From NCBI GenBank assembly GCA_964016885.1, contig OZ024757.1, positions 37,262,001 through 37,326,000 on the forward strand: 64,000 nt of DNA, in the 5' to 3' direction. The notes under the pieces are model-generated. The model had not been told where the DNA came from. It searched no databases and saw only the letters and a program-made list of their open reading frames with translations. The stretch comes from Eledone cirrhosa (taxonomy: Eukaryota). Positions 41,601 to 52,820 of the stretch are shown here, piece after piece (position 1 is the stretch's first letter; every line of letters starts with the position of its first letter). The translations under genes and the position numbers were made by a program.

Positions 41601-44600
41601 ATAATAATTCATATTGAACTCCAGTTGGGCTGAACCTGTCCCCATGGATTCTATCAACACTTCGTCATTGATGGGTACCTATGAGAAAGAAAAAGGAAAA
41701 TAGACAGACTGATAGATAGACTGATAGATAGACTGATAGATAGACTGATAGATAGACTGATAGATAGACTGATAGATAGACTGATAGATAGACTGATAGA
41801 TAGACTGATAGATAGACTGATAGATAGACTGATAGATAGACTGATAGATAGACTGATAGATAGACTGATAGATAGACTGATAGATAGACTGATAGATAGA
41901 CTGACTGATAGATGGATGTATATAGTAGAGAGATAGAAATACATAGAAACACATATAGAGATACATAAATAAATATATTGAGATCCTGCTATATCAAGTG
42001 TTAACCTGGTATATCCCTCCATATATACTGTACCAATTGTGTTGTTATTTCTGTTTACCTTTTACATATATATATTGTCAACATGAATGGACCTGTTATT
42101 TTTATCTAAAGACATTTTTTCCAATTCCAACCCGCCTCTCCCCTCAATCTATCTTATTTCTCATTCTTTCTTCTGATGAAGGACTAGCATCCAAAACGTT
42201 AAGACCCTCTTCCTGCTATAATCAAGCGTTAACCTAATATATCCCTTCCATATACTGTACCGATTGTGTTGTTATTTCTGTTTACCTTTTACATACACAC
42301 ACACATATATATATATATAATGTTTAATATAGAAATGGCTTCTACAGGACTAGAACTGTTTCATTTGAAGGAAATCATCAGGACCTTCCGGATGATTTCC
42401 TTTGAATGAAACAGTTCTAGTCCTGTAGAAGCCATTTCTATATTAAACATTGTATATACTCTTTGTATTGAGTACCTTACTTACTGTGGTTAACCCGGGA
42501 TGCAGACACACACACACATATAATGAACATTTTGTAGTGCACCTGAGCACTGTACAAAATAATTTCAGTATTATTATTATTATTATTATTATTATGTACA
42601 GTGCTCAGGTGCACTACAACTCATCAAAGGTGCATGCATAGTACATAGAATATTGTATAGATGTCAGGAAAGTGAATAGTGTATGAGTTATATATATATA
42701 TACAGAGAGAGAGAGAGAGTGATTATCATAATAAAATGTTGCTTACATCTGTGACGACCTGACTCCAGAGGGAAGATTCCTTGTTGACAATCAAGTGTTT
42801 CCGAAGATGAGCCTTTGATGAAGTTAAGTTGAACAACATGTCAATGTCAGGGATTTTGATCACACTGCCATACTCTGCCAGGGCTTGGAGTGCCATCACA
42901 GTGTCCTAAAATGTAATAGAATCACATGATACCCTGTCCAGTTGTTTGAGCATAGTCAAATTGAGCAAAGTCATTTTGAGCAAAGTTAAAATGACATGTA
43001 TTTTGAGTGATGTCTATTAAGCGATGTAAGTTTGAGTGAAGTTCAAATTGAGTTTTATAAAAAAGCTTTGAGCGAAGTTGATGAAAATAAAAATATACTA
43101 GAAATCTACAATTTTTTTTGTAAAAATAATTACACCTTCACAACAGGTAAATAAAAAATCAACTCATTTTATGGTAGAAAGAACTAAAAATTCACAATGT
43201 TTAAAATCGAAAAAATTAATTCTAGAAATATTTGAAAATAACGTCAAGATCTTCATCATAATTTTCCAACTCATGTACAGCTTTAAACCCTGCCATGACA
43301 TCGTATGTTGGGGGAAATGCTCAAAATAACTTCGCTCAAAATGAATGGAACCAATTGATACACATACAAGAAGTTGTGCAGGGGTATTGAACTCTCTACC
43401 TCATGATTGCGTCTTTTAATGTAGTTCACCTCGAGTTGACTTTAGTTGGGTTTGAACTCAATTATAATTATTACCTTGAGGTGGTGTTGTGGCTTTAATT
43501 TTTACTTCGCTGGAACATAACTTAACAAGGTTTATTACATAAAAGAGTTCTTAGTTACCTACCTGTATATATTTAACCATTTTTACTTCACTGGAACATA
43601 ACTTAAGCAAGGTTTATTACATGAAAGAATTGTTAGTCTCTTACCTGTGTAGATTTAAACATGCCTGCTTCACTTCTTTGTTCAGTCATCCACTTGACAA
43701 TGGGAGCAGCGTCTTCTACCAGACCTAAATGAAGCTCTGTCAGGAGAGCGTATGCTGTAGCTTCGACAGAAAGATAAGATTCTTCATCTGTACGGTGTGA
43801 GGAAAACATTGTTTCATTGTATTCACTACCAAAGTCAGCCACTGTCCAATAGCGGTAGTCGTTATCTAAGGTGAGAAATTTCCAGGTAGTTAAAATGGTC
43901 TTGCTGTTTGAACAGTTTAGAACCAGTGGATGAATGGGAGAGGAAAGTTGATTTAACCCTTTAGCATATAAACCGGCTGTATCCAGCCAGAATTCTCTCA
44001 CCTCTTTCTCTTCAAACCAGCCATAATTGGCTGCTCATATTTATCTTAAAGTATTGTTCTCAAAATAAATAACACCAAAATCTCATAGATTTGATATTAT
44101 GTGAGGTAAAGCCTTTACCTCGAAAATACAATAGTATATACAGAGTAATGTAAATGGTAATGGGTTAATGTAGGCACAAAGCCAGTAATTTTGTGGGTGA
44201 ATGAGAGGGGAAAGATTTAACTGAATCCAGTACTTTATTGGTGAAAAGGCATCCAGCCAGACAAAAAAAAAAACATTTGAAAATCATGACCAACACATTT
44301 CAGAGGATAAACTCTTATTGTGTCTGTCCAACCCATGCTAGCTTGGAAAAATATATGTTAAATAATGATGAGAATGATGATGGTGATGGTAGTGGTGACG
44401 ATGATGATGATTGTGTTCAGGTACACTACAGTTCATAAAAGGTGCAAGTATAGTACATAGAATAATGTACAGATGTTAGGAAAGTGAATTGTGTACGAGT
44501 CATGATATACACACAGATACATGCAAAGCAATGAAAAAGGTTCTATTTACCCATAGTAACTATTGCCATGTTGTTCAGCTTGTTATGAGCCTGAAGTTTC

Positions 44601-45390
44601 TTTGGACTGTTGACAAGGGTGAGAGCATATGTCACAATAGCCATGTCATAACTGTTGGTGATCTGCAGAATTTGGTTTTCTAAAAACTTTGTTGCCAGAA
44701 TAATCTCATCGACTCTTGTAAAACCCTGCAGAAGTTTAGATGAAAGAAAGGTTTCGTACAGATATTAACCCTTTAGCATTTTAAACGGCTATATTCAGTC
44801 AGAACTCTCTACACTCTTTCTGTTCAATCCGGCCGTATCTGGCCAGAATTCTCTCCCCACTTTCTGTTCAAACCGGCCATTAAGAGCCATTCATACTGAT
44901 GTTAAGGTATTGTTCTCAAAATAAATAATATCAAAATCTCATAGATTTGATATTATGTATAATATATAAAGGAAGATGACTTACTATTTCCGGGTGCATT
45001 CTCTTGCATTCCATGAGGCTAATTAAAACAAATGCTGTCATTCCCCGTTCACTGAGGCCACCCTACAAATAGAAAAGTTTAAAGGCATATATATATATAT
45101 ATACACACACAAATACCTTTTATACATAATATGCTTATTTTTCACTTTTCACCATTGCTACTTGTAATTGTGTTTTCTGAAGCATAACATCCTTTTTTAA
45201 CTCCCAATTCACTACCTGATGTCTAGGACACTGACAACAATTATGTATCTATCTAAATGTTCTGAAGACTAGGATTTTAATCACCTGTTTAAACATTCTC
45301 TATGCTCTGATGATTCCAGACATCCCTCTGGATGAAACAATTGTCAGCAAATAAATATTAAAATAAGATTTGATTGTTTTAATATTTTGT

Positions 45391-45426
<36 letters not shown>

Positions 45427-48400
45427 CTCAAAGAGACAACAATCAGAGGTATACAATGTCCTATTAGTTTCAGGCTTTATATTGGAAAGAGGAAAGAAAG
45501 TTCGCCATGTCGGGCTTAAGCCCTTCTTCGGGAGTACAAAATAGAGACAGGATCACAATGGAAAAAACAGAAAGAAGGTCCAGTAAAGACACAAAAAAAC
45601 CTACCAAAATGGAAAGGGAACACAAGAAAACCTTTAGGTAGTCTTGGTAACAATATATATATATATGTGTGTGTGTATCTATGTATGTATAAGGTGTCCC
45701 CCCAAAATGAATACATGCTTCAACAGCATTCTAATAAATATTTGTATACATTTTTTGGGACACCCTGTAAATATGTGTGTCTGTACATATATGTGTGAAC
45801 ATGTAAACATGTCATATTTATGTATTCATATAATCCTCTGTAGATTGAAAACAATTGACCAGCTTGGATAAGTTTTCAATGCTTATTGGAGTCACATCAG
45901 AAACTATGTACATCATTGTCATCCAACCACAAAAATACAATAATAACTATCATCTCACCATCATTTCTTTATGGATGACTGGATGATGTTCAACAAAGCA
46001 ACCATCAATCCTTTGTTTCAAAAAGAGCCACGTTATTGCTGATCGGGTTAGAGTTGGATCAACGTATTCAAATTCTGAAGCTTGACAAAAGACTTTCAAC
46101 ACAAATGCTGTTAACCTAGAGAAAGTTGAGAAAACTAATAATTACTTTAGATAATTTTTTTATTTTTATTTTGGTTAAACATACAAAGAGAGCAGCATTG
46201 AAAAGGACTATAGATGTCATAAATGGGAGGAAAAGGAGGGGAAGAACAAGGACTACTAGACAAAAAAAAAAAGAAAGAGGGGAGAGGAGAGGTTGACAGA
46301 CTCTACACCTAGGTCAGAGCGGTGTTTTGGCTGTGCCCTGCAGACAAAGTAGCAAAGACATTTCCGTGGACGTTGGCCAGCGACACATGTTGTAATAGCC
46401 ACCCCATCTTGCCGAGCTCCTTCCTCAGATGGGCTGCTATCAAGCTGATTTTATGGAAGAGATCAGCAGCCCAAGGTTCAAGGATGCCTAGGATCTTGAC
46501 AGCAACCAGTGCCAAGAGGAATCAGCTGGACAAGCTCCAGTATTGGCTTGTCTTCCTCTCCTTTACATTGCAAGCCACAGTACCTGGGTTTGTCGCTAAT
46601 ATGACTAAGTTGGGTGTAGAGGATGTGTCACAGCATGCAGCATCCCCAGATGAGGGATTTACCTCCTTCAAAAGAGAAGAGGGTAATTCCGTCGAGGCAT
46701 TTGCCATCACCATAGTTAAGGCCTACTGGATCTGGGATACTCTTTCTCATTATGTCATTGAGAGTGACATGTCAGGGGAACTTACCTGTGCTCTGGTGGC
46801 ATGATAATGAATGCTGGCCGAACTCATTGACAACAGCTCCACAATGACATTTACGTGGCTCACACATACTGTGGCTGAGGAATTGGAATAGAAATATCAA
46901 TATTCTTTTATTCTTAGACTGGATTCTGTCAGACTGGCATCCAACCATAGAAACCAAACTAGAAACAGTTCTGTATGATGAGCAAAACACAGTCACCTGA
47001 CCTGATTTTCCACAAATGGGATAACCCTTCTAACCCATGATTGGCTACTCACCATGTGCTGGCAGGGTTTTGGTCAAAAGCAGCATAAGAGCCATCTATT
47101 TTACGGAATTCTTGCTCTTTTAAAAGACCTAAAAAAGAAGAATTCATGTTACTAAAATATGAAAAAGTTCCCTTCTTATAAACCCATGCATTCCTATCAA
47201 ATATGGTTCATATATTTCTTACCTAATCTGATAAATCTGGTGGAATTCTCATAGATCTCTGGTGTAACCTGGTTTGTATTGTTGAGATATTTGAGGACAT
47301 AGACACAAGGTGCCAGGAATATCATAGTCTGTTCTCCACAACCATATGGTTTCTTCAGTAGCTTGTCTGGTTGTTTTAGAGTGGTTTGTATTGTTGATCC
47401 AAGGAGGTTTCCTTTGTGAAGGTAAATATAAATGTTAGTATTGACTAAATATATATTAAACAGAGACGACCCTTCGGTCATGAATGACCATGGGATTTGC
47501 ACCCAGAAGGTTTCCCTCCAAGGCACAATGCTGGGCAAGTTTGTTTGAGGACGACCAGCAGTCACCCATACATACCAGCCTCCCCTCTCCTCACCACCGA
47601 TGTTGTCCAAGGAAAAGGCTAAGGCTGATACAACTTGACACCATTGACGTCACAACTCATTTCTACAGCTGAGCAACATGAAATAAAGTGTCTTGCTCAA
47701 AGACACAACACATCACCCGGTCCGAGAATCAAACTCACAACCTTTTGATTGCAAGCCCACCAATGCTCTAACCACTAAGCCATGTGCCTTCACATATTAT
47801 ACAAACATAGGAACATATATACTCATATATATGAGGGCTGCAAATTGATTTCGAGTAATGCCATCGCTTGATACTTAAACATTAGCATCTCGGACATGAC
47901 TGTTAGTCCTGCTAGTGACTTACATGTGGCCAGCAATGTCATGCATCTAAAAAAATGTCAGGTATCAAACGATGCCTGTGCTTGAAGCTTTTTTAAGTGA
48001 AGAAAGGCTTTGCACGGAGCCAATCCCACTCTCTGAACATTGAATGCATTTGTGAGCTTTATTATATTAATGAAAATAGCTTACCTGTAATGACAATATC
48101 TCCTTTAGCTGATCCATCAATGGCATCAGAGGGTTGGCTAAGATTCAGAATGATGCTCTGTGTTTTCTTTGAAATAGAGATTTCGTCTGGGAAAGATATA
48201 GAACAGAAAGAAATCTATTGATTTTAGCCAAACCACCACCAAAACCACTTCTACTACCACCAATACCATCACCACCATATATATATATATATATATAGAC
48301 ATGCCGTATGATGGTGCCTCTATGACTCCACAAGGAGTTATGGGATATATATATATATATATATATATAGATTTTGAGTTTATGTTGGTTGTATACCAAC

Positions 48401-49597
48401 CCCTCAGTATGCAGGCTGGAGCACTCGACGAAGTGCGCAGGTTGGTTTGGTTACTCCGGAGTAGTGTAAAATAAAGTTAAATAAAAGTCAAATGATTAAA
48501 ATTTAGCTGGGGACTCCAGTTCCCCAGTGAATTAACAACCCAACAAGGAACTGGGAATATCAGAGTATTGACAATATCATACACCTAAACAACATATGTA
48601 CTTGTCTATACCATACTAATTCAAACTGCCTGAAGAGGTCACAGCCAAAGATGGCTGTCACTGAAATATATATAGCAGTAATAAACGAAGCTAAATTTTA
48701 ATCATTTGACTTTTATTTAACTTTATTATATATATATATATATATATATAAAGATCCCATAACTCCTTGTGGAGTTGTAAAGGCACCATCATACGGCATG
48801 TCTAGGGCACTTTTAAACCTGGCAGAGCCCAACCCTCTCCAGGTCTGAACATAGCTGATTTTTTCTCTAAGGAAGATTTGACCCCAGTACTGGACTAGTA
48901 CTTTTTTTATCGACCTCGAAAGGATGAAAGGAAAAGTTAACCATGGCGGCATTTGAATTCAGAGCACGCAATGAGGTGGGACAAATAGTGTGAAGCATTC
49001 TTGATGAGTTCATAGCTTTGAAGTTATGAAATGTTGGAAAGAGTTCAAACATGTTAGGATGAGTTATCCCGACTACAGCACTAAAGAAGTTAATAGTACT
49101 TAGTGTTGTTTTATCAGCTTATAGAATTATATATATATATGTGTGGTTTACTAATGGGTAGATCTGGTCATCCCAGTTAGCAAACCATGATGTAATATAT
49201 TAAAGCACTCAATGTTATGAATATGTATATTTACTTACTTTTGGGGATTGTTATGTGGTTTAAAACTTGTCTTCGTGGTCTGCTATGTTTGGAATAGGCA
49301 CCAGATGGATCCAGCATAAGTGATATACTCTTTGTTTCTTTAATGCCCTCATACTGAAAGATATATATAATAATAATAATAATGATATATATATGTGTAT
49401 ATATATAGTAATAATAATAATAATAATAATAAATTCGAAGACAAAAATCCAAAGAGGGCTCAATAAGGATAAATATATATCAAATATATAAGAACCCTGG
49501 AGCAATATTTATTAAAATAACAGATTAAAGTTTAAGCAAAGAATCGCTGCTTTCATTCTTAACGGGAGCGATTCTTTGCTTAAACTTTAATCTGTTA

Positions 49598-49629
<32 letters not shown>

Positions 49630-51084
49630 GTTTAGCAATTGTAACGTCAAGTTACTGTAGGTTCACCAAAGTGAACACTCAATGCATAATCTCCAGTAGA
49701 GTGTAATAATTGTTTCTACTTTTTGGCACAAGGCCAGCAATTACCCAGTGCATTACTGGTACTTTATTCTATCGACCCCGGAAGGATGAAAGGCAAAGTT
49801 AACCTCGGCGGGATTTGAACTCAGATCATACAGGGAGGTAACTCTATGCTTCAAAGCATGGCATCCGACCCTCTACCGATACTGCCAATCCACCGCCTTT
49901 AGAGTGTAATAATAATGGTTTCTTATATAGGCACAAGGCCAGAAATTTTGGAGGAGGGGAAAGTCAATTAAATCGACCCCAGTACATTACTGGTGCTTTA
50001 TTTTATCGACCCCATAAGGATGAAAGGAGATTTGAACTCAGAACATAAAAGGCCATAACTCTATGCTGCAAAGCATGGCGTCCAGCCCTCTACCGATACT
50101 GCCAATTTACCCTTAATAATAATAATAATAATTGTTTCTACTTTAGGCACAAGGCCAGCAATTTGAAGGGGAAGGGGAAAGTCGATTAAATCAACCCTAG
50201 TGCATTACTGGTACTTTATTTTATCGGCACTTAATAATAATAATAATAATTGAATAAAATTGAAACTTACTTGAACTCTCAATGTTTTCCTTATCTCCTC
50301 CCGGAAGCTGTCACCAATCTCTGTGACTGTCACCCGGATGGTGAACTTGCCAGTCCAGAGAGGAATGACTGCAAGACGAGTCACTTCGGTACTTTGTGGT
50401 AAAATTTTTTTGATAACTTCATAAGGTTTGCCGGGAGCAGCATGGGAACAGATTCCCTCCGTTTCATGGAATGCCAATTTAACCTTTAATATATATATAT
50501 AATTAATTAATTAAATATATATATATATATATGTAAAAGGTAAACAGAAATAACAACACAATCGGTACAGTATATGGAAGGGAAATATTAGGTTAACGGT
50601 TGATATAGCAGGAAGAGGGTCTTAACGTTTCGGACACTAGTCCTTCATCAGAAGAAAGAATGAGAAATAAGATAGATTGAGGGGACGGGCGGGATGATTT
50701 TCAAAAGTAAAATTGAGACAAACCACAACAGAAATGCAAACCCTCCATCTCAATTTTACTTTTGAAAATTAGAAGTGTGAAACCGGTAAAGTTAATAAAT
50801 ATTCTTAAAAGACTGCAGTTGCATTTTCAATGTCTTCTCCTTATATTTTTACCCATCTAGGACATTTAAAAAAACCTTACTTTCTTATATATATATATAT
50901 ATAATGAAGGAAGTATGGTAAGGAACCAGGTGGACCATAACGCACCAGAGTACTCAATGCTATGGGTAGTAGAGTGGGTAATAGGAAAAGAGTGAGGACC
51001 CCGATGGCTGAGCTCCAGCCATTTCAACAGCTAGTTCTGAATGCTGTCGCTGAAGCTCAGCCATCGGGGTCCTGACTCTTTTCC

Positions 51085-51123
<39 letters not shown>

Positions 51124-52783
51124 CATCATCATCATCATCATCATCGTTTAACGTCTGTGTTCCACGCTTGCATGGGTTTGGACTATATATATATATATAT
51201 ATATGTGTAGTAGTAGTAGTAGTAGTAATAAATACAAAGACAAAAATCCAGAGAGGACTCGATAAGGGTTGTGTATATATATATATACATATATATAATA
51301 ATAAAAATAATTTGTACAGTGCTCAAGTGCACTACAACTCATCAAAAATGTATGTATAGTACATAGGGTAATGTACAAGCGTCAGGAAAATGAACAGTGC
51401 ATGAGTCATGATATACACATGTGTGCATGTGTATGGAAGGGGTACATCAGGGTACATATATATACATATTAATTATTAGCAGATTAAAAGTTTAAGCCCA
51501 AAAATTCTCCTTTCACCCTAAACTTATAGTAGATATACACACACACACACACACATGTATATAACCATTTATTCCTTCTCTAATGAACAAGAAATGAATA
51601 AAATTAATATCTAATTCTTTGAGTCAATGCTCAGATTGTAATAGATGGATACATCTCTATATGTAGAAGGTATCTTTATATTAACTATATCTAGGGCGAT
51701 ATCCATGGACAAGTTCTCTCCAGTGGTCTCTGTCCCTCATTATTGCTGCCATGTCCTGCGTCTCCAAGAGACCAGAATCTGTCCTTAGGGCATCAACATA
51801 TGTCAACCTCGGTCTTCCTCTGCCAGTGTGTCCATGCAGGGGCTCCCACAGGAGCACTGAGTGCAGTGTCAACTCTGAATGTTGGTGAGCATGTCCAGCT
51901 AATCCCAATCTCCTCTGTGCTACTATTAACTATAATGTGATACAAATGTGGATCTCCCACCTTCAAATGAAGCAGATAATACCAAGATACGTTACCCCCA
52001 CCCCATGAAGAGGTAGATAGCATTAATATAACCTCCCGCACCTTCTAACAAAGCAGATAACACCAGAATACCTCCCCTGCCCCAAGATGTCCAACACTTA
52101 CAGTAATAATTTCCTTCTTGTAATTATATACGACAGCTTTAATTAGTATTTGTTCCAGTCTTTTCACCACGTAAGGCAGGCTGATTTTTGTAATGACTTC
52201 TTTGAAAGTGACAACATCGATAGGTTTGGCCACACAGAATGGCACATTGTCTGCGACACTCATTCCTTGAATATGCCAACTGGTCACTGATGCTGGGAGG
52301 GTGAAGTTAAGTCGATAGATTCCACTTTCACTGAAAGTAAAAATTACAATGTAATCAAAGAAAATATATGTAGCTGATCTCTTGGACTCTGAGAGCTTAG
52401 AATATAAATTCATGCACGGAGATGCTATGAAATAGCTTATGAAATATCTTATAAAATAGGGCGAAGATCCTATTTTATAAGCTATCTTAAACCTTTAGCA
52501 TTTACATTACTCTATATATACTACTGTATTATCACAGTAAAGGCTTTACTTCACACAATTATCTCACATAATATTGAATCTATGAAATTTTTATATTTAT
52601 TTTGAGAACAATACTTTGACATCAGTATGAGTGGCCAGTTCCAGCCAGTTTGAACAGAAAGAGATTATGCTAAAGGGTTATAGCATCTCTGTACATAAGC
52701 ACATAATTCTCTATATAAATCTGTAATATGATGGTAATGTGCATGACTGGCAAAGCATGGATGAGCTGAGAGAGAGAAACTGA

Positions 52784-52820
<37 letters not shown>

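Noticed and set aside
45495-45533. Degenerate hammerhead-like motifs (also about 18686-18720 and 566-605)
   Set aside because: Core nucleotides mutated (CCGAAGA/GACAT, ATGATGA, GAAC); counted only as decayed relics
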